From NCBI RefSeq assembly GCF_000143415.4, contig NW_003314321.1:878236-942235 (forward strand): a stretch of DNA of 64,000 nucleotides, written 5' to 3'. The notes below the pieces were generated by a model. The model was given only the letters and a program-made list of their open reading frames with translations, did not search any database and was not told the DNA's origin. The DNA is from Selaginella moellendorffii (lineage: Eukaryota; Plantae; Lycopodiophyta). The translations under genes and the position numbers were made by a program. Numbering within the stretch: position 1 is the first letter of the stretch; the number at the start of each line of letters is the position of its first letter. Of this stretch, positions 47,488 through 57,846 are shown piece by piece.

Positions 47488-47662
47488 TGTGAAGGCCAAG
47501 TGTACGGCTACGATGCCGTATATTAATATTAGTGTAGTGGGATTTTAGTAGCCGTCGGATTGGTTTCAATTCGGACCACTCGCTCCTATATATAAGTTAG
47601 GGTTTTTGGGCTAACTGATATGCACATTTCTGTATTCCCTTTCCATATTCCATGCACTCACA
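47488..47662 (+). repeat. 3' LTR, family A
   Basis: tgtgaaggcc...gcactcaca, preceded by the polypurine tract; about 15 substitutions versus the 5' LTR by eye. Confidence 0.93.
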
Positions 47663-48314
47663 ACTAGAATAATTTATTCAAATACTGTTAACTGATCAAA
47701 GGCTTTTTTTAGTTGTCACATTCTTTTCTCTTTGGCATATTTTTTTCTAAGAATAGTATATTAAAATTCATATTTTGCAAGTTAAAATTTATGAACGATC
47801 TCAACAATTATCAAACCATAAAGTATAAAGACTCAGAATATTCCTTTTTAGTGGGATTTTTAACCATTTAAAATATTAAAAATAAAAGTTTAATATTTTA
47901 TTTACCAACTGTTTATTTATAATAATAATGAGGCAATCAATACTTATAAAAAAATTTATTTAAAATATGTGAATAGTATAAGTTCAATCGTAACACTAGC
48001 AACAAGAAGAAAACACCAAAAGTAATAAAAAGAATTATTTATGTCTTTTTAAAACAAAAATAATAAATTAATTTTAAAAAACAAAAGAAACAAATAAACA
48101 AAAAACATTTTTACCAAAACCATAAGTTCAAGGGAAGATAATAGTAATGGAACCACCAAAATTCCTTCAAGGTTGAATGTAAATTTCATAAAAGGATTTA
48201 TACTCACTAAAACCATAAAGCCATAAGAGAGAATTTGGCCCTGGAGAAAATATCAAGCTTAACAATATTAGAGAATTTGTGTTTAGGGCCAAAGCCGAGT
48301 GTACTTTAAAAAAT

Positions 48315-48386
48315 GGGCATTTGGTCTAGTGGTATGATTCTCGCTTAGGGTGCGAGAGGTCCTGAGTTCAATTCTCGGAATGCCCC
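48315..48386 (+). tRNA. trnP-AGG: tRNA-Pro (AGG)
   Basis: GGGCATT...AATGCCC acceptor stem; anticodon arm CTCGC-TTAGGGT-GCGAG; T loop TTCAATT; TTTT downstream. T stem has one T:G pair. Confidence 0.95.
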
Positions 48387-48411
48387 ATTATTTTATTTGA
48401 ATCTTTTCGTT

Positions 48412-48858
48412 TTAGAAGAGGAGGCTTCTTTGGCGCCACGCCCAAGCAATGACTTGCCACCGAAGAAGAAAGTTGTAAGAAAGGATCGCACACGCCCCAT
48501 AGAGTGCCCACACGCAAATCACGAATGCAACTTTGCCCGCCACAAACACGCACGCCGCCGCCATAGCCGACGCCACCGCTGCCCCTACCTTCTTCCAAAA
48601 CGCCACCGCATCGTCGCCCCAATCGCGGCCGCCTCCATCCCCACGGCGCTGACGGCGGCGGCGGCTCCTCTTGCGCTTCCTCTCGATCTTCTTCACGCCC
48701 AGAACCTCCACATCGATTGATTTGAGATCATCTCTTTCTCTTCTTCCTCTTTTCCTTGGGGATTTTGATCCGCCCTTGCTCTCGCTTGAATCCCGACGCT
48801 TGCTTCTCCTGGACGCGCTCCTCGCCATCCTCGCGGGGGGATTTTCCCGCCCCTTCAT
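48412..48858 (-). CDS. Hypothetical 148-aa protein: Arg/Lys-rich N-terminus, hydrophobic (TM-like) C-terminus
   Basis: ATG 48858 MKGRENPPARMARSASRRSKRR..AVAFWKKVGAAVASAMAAACVFVAGKVAFVICVWALY; decayed paralogue at 54162..54490. Confidence 0.5.
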   Translation of the reverse strand: MKGRENPPARMARSASRRSKRRDSSESKGGSKSPRKRGRRERDDLKSIDVEVLGVKKIERKRKRSRRRRQRRGDGGGRDWGDDAVAFWKKVGAAVASAMAAACVFVAGKVAFVICVWALYGACAILSYNFLLRWQVIAWAWRQRSLLF

Positions 48859-48879
48859 AGCCCTAAACTTTAAATTATT

Positions 48880-49588
48880 AGGCGGAGCTCCAGCAGAGCG
48901 TCCAGCCGCGATGGGTGATCGTCTCCTCTGCTGGCGGCAATCGGCCTTACGATTCGTCCAATCACAGTGGTGCGGCGGCAATCACAGCTGCCCGTTTTGC
49001 AGGAATCACGAGGGGATCTCGAAGATCGGCTTTCACGACCTCCTCATGATCCAAATCCAGCGCGCGACAGCGGCAGCGAAGAATCCACAGCAGGAACGGA
49101 CGCTCCAATCCAGCGCGCTCACCGCATCGCTCTCCCGGAATCGCTCAAGGTTTATCGACCAGTCATCAGGCTTCGTTTCAGTGGCGCCCTTTGAAGCTCG
49201 CTTCCCGTTCGAGACGTGGATTATTCCCATCAACCATAGTTCCAACTTTGAGGAAACGAGTGATTCCGAGGTGATGATTCTTCTTTCTTTCTTTTGGTTT
49301 ACTCTCCACTAACGCATGCATTCTCGTTTATAGATCGGGGATTTGGCGAGATTACTTCATCTAACATTGAAAAAAATAGTGCAGCAATTTCCAGGCGCTC
49401 CATACAACTACGTGCTTTACAACAATCCTTTCTGCGAGGAAACCAAGACGGAGTATTTCCACTGGTACATTGCAATCCTCCCTCGACTGGGAGTGCTGGG
49501 AGGCTTTGAGCTTGCCACTGGTTGGACCATCAACACGGTGGCTCCGGAGAAAGCCGCTCAAACTTTGAGGGAGTGCGTCCTCAAATGA
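48880..49588 (+). pseudogene. ADP-glucose phosphorylase / GALT-like (HIT superfamily) pseudogene
   Basis: AELQQSVQPRWVIVS, SCPFCRNHE, FVSVAPFEARFPFETWIIP, PYNYVL..FHWYIAILPRLGVLGGFELATGWTINTVAPE. Start codon lost; the central region with the catalytic HxHxQ motif is absent. Confidence 0.85.
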
Positions 49589-51508
49589 TCTGGTACATGG
49601 TTAAGAGTTTCTCGCTAGAACAGTATCTCTAACAGCTGGTGATTCTTCTTTCAGGTGCGGATTTTTCTTATCATTCAAGCTATGCCTGACAATTTTTCTC
49701 GGATTGCAAGAGAGGTAAATAAATCAATCGAACAGTTTCTTCGTCGATGGTTCCATTCGCACAGATTCTTACAGGTTCGTGACATTCATGCTCACTGTGC
49801 TCTCTCAATTGAGGTAAGCTCTAGCATTGTTTGCATTGCATTAAGAGCTTGCTCGCTTTGTGTTCTTCCATTCTCTTGACCTTTGCTTTTAGTTTTTTTA
49901 CGGCTTCTCACAATCCTTGTGTACATGGTTTTCTATTCTAAAACTCGCAGTGACAAATGACACTGAGCGATTCTATAAACTATCTGGTAAGATTTTTACA
50001 TTGTCATGGAATGAAGAACGTGGACGATTTATTTCTCTGTCGATCTCCTTTTCTCTTTCATTTGATAGGGAACGAACGAGACTATAGCAGAATCCTCGTG
50101 TTGATAGCGACATACGATGGCCTTCTAGATCAAAGAATCAGCCTTATCGATCAAAGAATCGTGCATACTGGAGTTAAATCACAGAAAGGTTAGTTGTCTT
50201 TTTTTTCTGACGGTTCCTCACTCTCAGAAGGAATCTTTGTTCAGACTGCAGCACAATGATAACAGCAGTTCTAGGCAGGGTTCTTTTGAGTTTAGGGTAG
50301 GTTTTAAACATACTTAAGGCTTCTTGGACTCGGTCTTTTGGCTCCAGTATCATTCCAAGAGTAAGCCATTGTGCTCTTTCTAATGTTGTAATTGCTTCTT
50401 TCAGACCTTGCAGTGTAACCCTCATGATCCCAATCAACGCAGTGGCCTGGTTTTCTTGAGGAGGAGTGGTTATATTGAAACATACCCCATTCCTTGCGGG
50501 ATTGCACCGGGAGACCTGCCAGTCTCTCTTGTGCATTTATCTCTTCCTTTCTAGCATTGGGAAGAAGAATCTGTGTGGAAACTTATTTGGGTGGAGTAGC
50601 TATTGCTTTCATCCTGTTTACTATGTATGATCTTTAGCAAATTTCTGCTTGAAGTGTATTCTGCACTTGCCATAGCTATCTCATTTGGTGTTCTCAGTTA
50701 CTCACAGGTAAGATACACTCTATATTTCAAGAAATAATGTTTTGAATTTCAGTGGGGAGCATCAAACAAGTTTTGATCATCTTATGTTTGGTGAATGGTG
50801 TCATCAGTTGTAAATGGCTCTATGTTAGTGTGTTGAACAAGTGGATCTTTATGATGGTTAGTATATTTATTTTATTACTTTCTTATAGAAATTATGCAGA
50901 TGTTCTTTGGAAACTTTTTTACCACATGGCTTATATTGGATAACAAGCTATCGTCTAAAACATTTTTGTAGTACAGGGAGATATTATCATGAATAAAACT
51001 TTTTTGATGTTTTGTCATCTTTTATAAATTTATTAAATTTGATATGAAGGTTTGATAGTTTATTTTCTTGTAAAAACGCATATCCAGCCCATTTCACTCT
51101 AGAAAATTGCGTTTGTTGCAACTATCGCCTTGAATTTACGATTGGCAATACGTTGCTGCAAGCACCGGAAGGCATCTACGAGCTAGAGGTATCCTGCTTC
51201 ACTCATTCCAATGGCGTCTCGGGAATAGGCAGCAGAAGCGGCAAGCTTATCACTCATGCTCCCTTTTAAAAAACAACTCATCTAGCTGCTACCTCATTCT
51301 ATTATATATTCTCACATTCTCCGCTCCTGCCCCCTTGCTTCTGCTTCTTCTGCTCTTCAATCGTTAGGCAATCGCGTAACAAGAAACTTACCCGCTTAGA
51401 TGTCCGATGACCGAAATAGATAGAACATGAGCTCACATATGGTATTCAGAAGCTATGATTAATTCAGGCAAAGTTTCTCCATTCTTATGCCATCAAATTA
51501 GTCCCAAA

Positions 51509-53518
51509 TCAACCAACAGCAACACACATTCTTGTTTCGTTATCCACGTCAACTTTAGAGGATGACGATGAATTGCTAGACAAATCGGCCAGCAGCGAGC
51601 ACGCAGCAGAGTTCCCAGGATCCAGCGCCAGAACTCCTTGCGCCGCGCGAGCTCCCCTCGCAAGATCATTGTGGATCCTACACCCTCCAAGCAAAGCCGT
51701 CCACTCCACAACATCCGGCTCAAACGGCATGCTATACACAAGCTCCTCCGCATCGCCCAAATGCCCAGCTCGTCCCAGGAGATCAACCAGCGCGCAATAG
51801 TGCTCCCTGTGAGGGCAAACTCCATAGTCCGCCACCATTGTCACAAAACACTCGCGTCCATCGTAAACAGTCCCGCCATGGCTACACGCCAGGAGAACGC
51901 ACGTAAAGCATATTCCATCCGGATCTATCCCGTCCAGGGAGATCTCCCGGAAGAGCTCCAGCGAGCTCGCGAGCTCCCCGTCCTGGGCGAGCGCTCCCAG
52001 CATTATACTCCGCGTGGGGGCGTCGTGGCAGGGCATCCCATCGTACACGTGTTTCACATCCGTGAGACGGGCGTGCCTGCTGTAGCCGGTTAGTACGGCA
52101 CCGTAGGTGGCCAAGTTGCGGTACGGCATGCGCTCGTATGTGGCCAGAGCTTGCACCATATGCCCGTTCTGGGCATATGCGACGAGGATGCTGGCCCAGG
52201 ACACCACGTCACGCTCCCGCGAGGAGTCAAAGACTGACTTTGACTCGTCAACGCTGCCGTAGCTCCCGGAGGTGTTGACCATGGCGTTCCAGGACGCCGT
52301 GTCGTGGCAGGGCATCTTATGGAAGAGATTCCTTGTCTGGTCAAGATACCCTTTCGCGGCATATGCACCGAGGAGAGTGGTCCACGCAGCTACGTCGCGA
52401 GAGGGCATGCGATCAAACCAGCGTTTCGTGTTTTCGATGCTCTCGTTGATGGACTTCTCGCCCAGTATTGCCGTGTAGACATCTTTGTTCCAACCAGGCA
52501 TCAAATCGAAGACTCGTCTCGTTTGATCCGAGCTTCCAACTTGGCCGGCTGCCGAGAGAAGGGCATACCACGCAACGATGTTCCTCATCGGCATGGAGTC
52601 AAAGAAAACAAGAGCCTCGTCGATGAGTCCCCGCTCGCAGTAGGCTCTCAGGATTGCTGTCCAGGCAACGAGGTCCCGGAGCGGCATTCGATCGAAAACA
52701 CGCTGCGATTCACGCAGCTGGCCCCCGTGGTCGTAGCCAACCTGCAAGATTGTCCACGACACGACACTGCGATCGCGCATCGCGTCGAAGAGTTTCTTGG
52801 CCTCCGCGACGCAGCCGCCGCCGTATGCCTCGAGCATTGTCGTCCAGCAAACGGCGTCCCAGAGCGGCATCACGCTGGACACAAAACTCGCCTTTGCAAA
52901 ATGCCCATTTTGGGCAAATGCTACAAACATGCTAGTCCAGGAAGAAACATCCCGCTCTTGCATTTGTAAGAAGATTTCTTCGGCTTCAGCCTCAAGGCCG
53001 ACTCTCGCAAATCCAGCCAGCATCGAATTCGAGGAGCCCAAGTGCCACATTGGCATCGCGTCGAAGATCATCTTTGCCCGATCCAGATGCCCGTTCCTGG
53101 CATATCCCGAGAGAAGCGCCGTCCAGGTGATACAATTCGGGCAGGGCATGCGATCAAACGCCGCCTTGGCTGCGTCGAGATCGCCGCTCTGCGCGTACGC
53201 TCCCACCATCGAAGTGCCGCCGACGACGTCCATCTGCGGCGCCTTCGCGAGGATCTGTGCCGCCTCGGCGAGGAGGCTGTTGTGGATGCAGGCCGCGAGG
53301 AGCGATCGCCAGGAGAAGAAGTTTCGTGGGCGGAGGGAGTGGAAGACGAGGCAGGAGTCCTGGACGCTGGAGCATCGTCCGAATGCGTCGATGAGGAGGT
53401 TTGAGAGGTAGACGCCATGGGCGCAGCTCGTCAAGTCGGTGGAGACAATGTGGCGGTGGAAACCTCGTGCCTCAGCGACGCTCTTGCATTCCCTGATGAG
53501 CTCCGCCAGTGCCTTCAT
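51509..53518 (-). CDS. PLS-class PPR protein with degenerate SS-type repeats and E domain (669 aa, intronless)
   Basis: Open 2010-nt ORF; repeats such as VFDRMPLRDLVAWTAILRAY; HYCALVDLLGRAGHL..WTALLGGCRIH. Confidence 0.9.
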   Translation of the reverse strand: MKALAELIRECKSVAEARGFHRHIVSTDLTSCAHGVYLSNLLIDAFGRCSSVQDSCLVFHSLRPRNFFSWRSLLAACIHNSLLAEAAQILAKAPQMDVVGGTSMVGAYAQSGDLDAAKAAFDRMPCPNCITWTALLSGYARNGHLDRAKMIFDAMPMWHLGSSNSMLAGFARVGLEAEAEEIFLQMQERDVSSWTSMFVAFAQNGHFAKASFVSSVMPLWDAVCWTTMLEAYGGGCVAEAKKLFDAMRDRSVVSWTILQVGYDHGGQLRESQRVFDRMPLRDLVAWTAILRAYCERGLIDEALVFFDSMPMRNIVAWYALLSAAGQVGSSDQTRRVFDLMPGWNKDVYTAILGEKSINESIENTKRWFDRMPSRDVAAWTTLLGAYAAKGYLDQTRNLFHKMPCHDTASWNAMVNTSGSYGSVDESKSVFDSSRERDVVSWASILVAYAQNGHMVQALATYERMPYRNLATYGAVLTGYSRHARLTDVKHVYDGMPCHDAPTRSIMLGALAQDGELASSLELFREISLDGIDPDGICFTCVLLACSHGGTVYDGRECFVTMVADYGVCPHREHYCALVDLLGRAGHLGDAEELVYSMPFEPDVVEWTALLGGCRIHNDLARGARAAQGVLALDPGNSAACSLLADLSSNSSSSSKVDVDNETRMCVAVG

Positions 53519-53539
53519 TCATCACACCATCGTCTTTCA

Positions 53540-53865
53540 TTTCATCTTTCCTTCTATTTGATATTTACTCGTGCATCGGTAGAGATTTTTTTAATGAAGC
53601 TTTCCAGGAGCATACCAATGCTTGTGAACAGCACACAGACAAGTGAAATGTAAAAACCAATGACCCCTGCGGCATAGAAATCAGCCTCTCCACAATGATC
53701 TCGTTTGGGCTCCTGGGTGATGGATCTGAGAGTGAGCAAGGTGGCAGTGGAGCTCCACACAGTAATGGGTTGCCACCAAAAAACGGAGTGTTGAGATTGC
53801 CGGAACTTGGAATTGACCACTCAAGTTGTTGTCGGAAACATTGAAGCTTGACAGTGATGACACTC
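53540..53865 (-). pseudogene. 3' fragment of the LRR-RLP (inverted, decayed copy of ~40295-40650)
   Basis: SSLSSFNVSDNNLSG, IPSSGNLNT, GNPLLCGAPLPPC and the TM region, with frameshifts. Confidence 0.85.
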
Positions 53866-54125
53866 AAGTTGTTGTGGTGAACGCCTTAAGCACTCGCTCT
53901 ACCTGGTCGATAGGAATCTCCGCGAATTGGATTCCATGCTCCGGCGTCTTCACGACCACCTCATGCGATCCAAACGGCTTCGATGACAATCCGCATTGAT
54001 CGTGCACGACGGCGACAGCGAAGAATCCACAGCAGGGAATTTGTTGTAGACGACACGGACGCTCCAATCCAGCGCCTCGTCCCGCTCGTGATTCCTGCAA
54101 AACGGGCAGCTGTGATTGCCTTAAT
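53866..54125 (-). pseudogene. Second GALT-like/ADP-glucose phosphorylase fragment
   Basis: SCPFCRNHE, DWSVRVVYNKFPAV and FGSHEVVVKTPEHGIQFAEIP, fused directly to the RLP fragment. Confidence 0.8.
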
Positions 54126-54161
54126 CTTTCAAAGCATCCAATCCCTTTAAAGTTTAGGGCT

Positions 54162-54490
54162 ATGAAGGGGCGGGAAAATCTCCTGGCGAGGAGCAGGAGG
54201 CGTCTAGAAGATCGAGGGATCAAGATCCAGAAGGAAAGGAGGAAGAAAAGGAAGAGATGATCTCAAATCGATTGATGTGGAGGTTCTGGATGTGAGGACG
54301 ATTGAGAGGAAGCCCAGGAGGAGCCGCCACCATTGTCAGCGTGGTGGGAATGGAGGAGGAGGAGGCACTGGCGATTGCGTCGACGATGCAGTGGCGTTTT
54401 GGAAGAAGGTAGGGGCGGTGGTGGGGTTGGCAATGGTGGTGTGTGGGGCAAAGTTGCATTTGTGATTTGCGTGTTTGCAATTTTTTCAAC
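54162..54490 (+). pseudogene. Decayed inverted copy of the hypothetical gene at 48412..48858
   Basis: atgaaggggcgggaaaatc..tcgattgatgtggaggttctgg..gcgttttggaagaaggtaggggc, with frameshifts. Confidence 0.75.
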
Positions 54491-54877
54491 ACGCCGGGCC
54501 TCACCAAGACAGATATAAATGTAAGAGATATTGTAGGCGTCCATGGATAGCCCGTACTAATGTGGCAGCCCGAAATGCCGCAGAGTGGGGGGCAGCCGGC
54601 AAGCGGATTGGAGACCAGAGCCACCTACCACCACCAGCAAACCCGAGTCCAGTGGTGGCGCGGGAAAGGAGTGGCACTCGGCCTTCCAACTTTCTATTTC
54701 ACTCCCTGGTACCTCCTCTTTCCAAATTTACAATATAATAAAAGTAGATATTCTGAGAACTCTTGCCCTAAGCAAAATTTATACTTTCAAGACTTTAAAA
54801 TTCAAATATTTGCCAGTTATTATATTATAGTTCTAAGGAAATATGAAAGAAATAGAGTTTAATTTGATATTTCACAC

Positions 54878-55867
54878 TGTGAGTGTTTGGAATATAGAAA
54901 GGGAATACAGAAAATGTGCATATTAATTAGCCCAAAAACTTTAGTTTATATACAAGAGAGAGTGGTCCAGATTAAACCAATCCGATAGCTACTAAAATCC
55001 CACTACACTAATATTAATATATGGCATTATGGCCATACACCTAACCCTCACATCATTCCATCCTCTCGGAATAATTGAAGACCATCAAGGTTTTTTTGTA
55101 GATGGGCTGGGATCTGGAGGAATGTTAAGAGGAAGCATTGGTGGATCTGTAGATGGTATTAATTGCTCCTGATCCCTTTGTATAAAGTGTTTCAACTGCT
55201 ACACATGCATAATTTTTGGAGGATTGACATATTGGACGTTATGCCAAACCTCATAAACTTGTGGTCCAATTTGCCGCAACACTTAATATGGTCCTTTCCA
55301 CTGAGCAAGGAGCCCTTTAGATAAACCATGTACTGTAAGATGGGGAAAACGGGTTAACACTAAGTCATCCACTTTCTACTTCATACGTGGACGATAATAG
55401 GAGTTGTAGCGCCGTTATTGTCCCACTTGTACGTGGCATAAGTGTTTGACAGATTTTGCTCGAACAAATGGAAGAATGCTTATCAAATACTGATCCTATG
55501 ACTTAGCATGGGTAGCTCATGGCAATTGCAAAGGTAAACCCAGCTTCGTTGGTAATATTGGATCATAACCATATAAGAGTTTATATGGTGAAACACTAAC
55601 AGAACTCTATATCCCTGTGACATATGCATACTGAAGAGACGGCAGATAACCATCTCAATTTAAATGCTGAAAATTCACATACATTATGATCATCCTTTTG
55701 AATGTCCGAACAAGCTATTCCACTAGACCGTTTGATTGTGGATGATAAGCACTTGTGAAAGTGTGGCATATCCCCAACCAAGATGTCAAAACATAAAATG
55801 CCTTAGCCATAAATGCAGGACTATTATCTGAAAGAATCCGCTCTAGACAAGAATGCTGGAACACCAC
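54878..55867 (-). mobile_element. 3' part of a second family A gypsy element (3' LTR 54878..55052, PPT, integrase tail), interrupted by family B
   Basis: Reverse complement of 46670-47662, including the 175-bp LTR; breaks at caccac|tgt. Confidence 0.9.
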
Positions 55868-56991
55868 TGTAAAGAACCGACTCCCCGAGATGCCGTAGGC
55901 TAAAGGATCCCCAAAAGCATGACCGAAATGACAAAGAGTTCATCGGATGGGATCGAGTCGAAGATCGAGTCCAAGACCGACTCTGAGACCGAGTTCGAGA
56001 TAGAGTCCGGGATCGAGTCCGGAGACCAAGTTCGAGACCGAGCTCGAGACAGAGTCCGAGATCCAAATCGGGTCCGAGACCAAGTGCGAGGTCAAGTCCG
56101 AAGTCGAGTCCGAGATCGAGCTCGAGATCGAGTCCGAGACCGAGTCCGAAGTCAGGTCCGAGATCGAGTCCGAGATTGAATCTGAGACTAAGTCTAAATA
56201 CTAATACGGGTCAAGAGGTGAAAGCCCAAAGCGTGCGTCTCCCGGGGGGGGGGGGGCTGCAGGGGGTTCCAAAAGTATAGTAGGGATAGTGAGGTCCAGG
56301 AACCAATCTTGAAGGAACTCTCCACTGGTGCTTCCAAACTGACTTGAGGTTGAGATTGGGGCCGAGGGGCATTGGGTGGGAGTGAGCATGGGCTTGGGTG
56401 GTGCTGGAGGGGCCACCCAGAGAAGTGCTCAAGAGCAGCTCCCACTCCCGATAGGGAAACCAACTGCGGTGCTCCCGGCTCATGTGGAGTGGTGCCCCAC
56501 TTGAGTACCTTGTGGCTCATTGGTCCTCACCCTTCCTAGGGGCTTGGGCCTTTCCTTCGGGATGGAAGTGGGGGGGTAGAGGTACCCATACTAGGCTATT
56601 AGGCCACGGTGTTTCACCCCGATGTCCCGAAGCAAGTGTTGCACCTAAGGCTTGGGATTTAGAGGGTTCCATGATCAAGTTTTGTTGTACCAAGGGGTGT
56701 TAGGAACTTGGAGGCTTGGTGTGCTTGGCTGCTTGTGTCTGCGGGGAGTGTAGCCAAACCTTAAGTCTAGTCTAACCCGGGGAGGGGGATTGGGAGGGAT
56801 TTGGGAATCCGTGGATGGAAGGTTAACACTCCGTTGCTCGTGCAGTGAGTAGTTGAAACCAAGTAGGACCAAGTAGGAGCTGGTACAATAGGCGAGAACC
56901 TTGGCGAGGGAACTTAGCACAAGCCAAGGCAGTGTTGGTCAGATAGACGAGGTAAACTGGCAAACTGGAAAGGAAAAATTTGTGGCTTACA
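55868..56991 (+). repeat. 5' LTR of family B, with CGAG(T/A)C hexamer array (~55950-56190) and a G14 run
   Basis: tgtaaagaacc...gtggcttaca followed by PBS tggtatcagaacc (56995). Confidence 0.85.
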
Positions 56992-57846
56992 ATTTGGTAT
57001 CAGAACCTTTTCCTCAGTTCTAACGAAGGATAGAGGCGGATTGCTGGGAGATGGCAAAGGCAGGGCAGAAAAGAACCAAGGCGGAGATGGAACTTCCTCC
57101 AGAGCTGGAGCCTTCGGTCGAACAAGAGGCTATGGATGAGGAATCCTTGCATGAGGAGGACTCCAGTGAGGAAACTTCCAAACAAGAGTCCGGTGGTGAG
57201 GTTCGGTCATCCAAGGCTCGATTGGACATTCTAGAAGGACAATTGGCAATGCCCTGCTAGAGACTCTCGTACGCAAGTTAAAACGTGACGAGAAGCGGAA
57301 GAAAAAGCAAAAGACTACAGATGCTGGCAGCGTAGAGGGTGCGGACCCTTCGGTAGGGACTGAGGCAGAACCAAACAAGGTCGAATAGACCGAAGTGGAA
57401 TCAGTCCCTCAGGCAGTTCCCAAGTACAAACCAAAGCCCCCATCGGTCTTCAAGGGAGTGAATGACTATAAGGTGGTGGAGGATTAGTTTTATGATATGG
57501 AGGACTACTTCCGAGTGTTGCGATTACCAAGCTCAGAGAAGGTCCCATGTGCAAAACCATACTTGGCAAATAATGCCAAGTCTTGGTGGAGAACGACAGA
57601 GGCCAACGAAGAACCAGTGGCCACTTGGGAAATGATGAAGGCGAGGATCCGCGTGACTTACGTTCCTCCGAATGCTACTCTACATCTAAGAGACGAGCTG
57701 AGTAGGCTGAAGCAGACTAGAACCATTCAAGAGTATGTGAATGGGTTCATGGCAAAGAAGATACTTGTCACGGACATGGGGGATATGGACGCGTTCCATG
57801 CCTTCATATTAGGTTTGCAAACCTGGGCTCGCGGTGAGGTGATGCA

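Larger units (their letters stand above)
42670..47662 (+). mobile_element. Full-length decayed Ty3/gypsy LTR retrotransposon (family A)
   Basis: 175-bp TG..CA LTRs at both ends; 4-bp TSD ACTA; PBS tggtggaggtg; PPT gagaggaggggatga; gag (CWACDEVGHTYRCC), PR (LFDT), RT (FCIDYRPLN, MPFGLNNAPATFQR), RNase H (VDASD) and INT in gypsy order, with many stops. Confidence 0.95.

Noticed and set aside
49893-49930. TASHNP phosphohexomutase-like motif in one frame
   Set aside because: Isolated six-residue match followed by stops, with no other PGM/PMM motif nearby.
50174-50536. 120-aa minus-strand ORF
   Set aside because: Non-ATG start, no motif, lies in decayed duplicated DNA.
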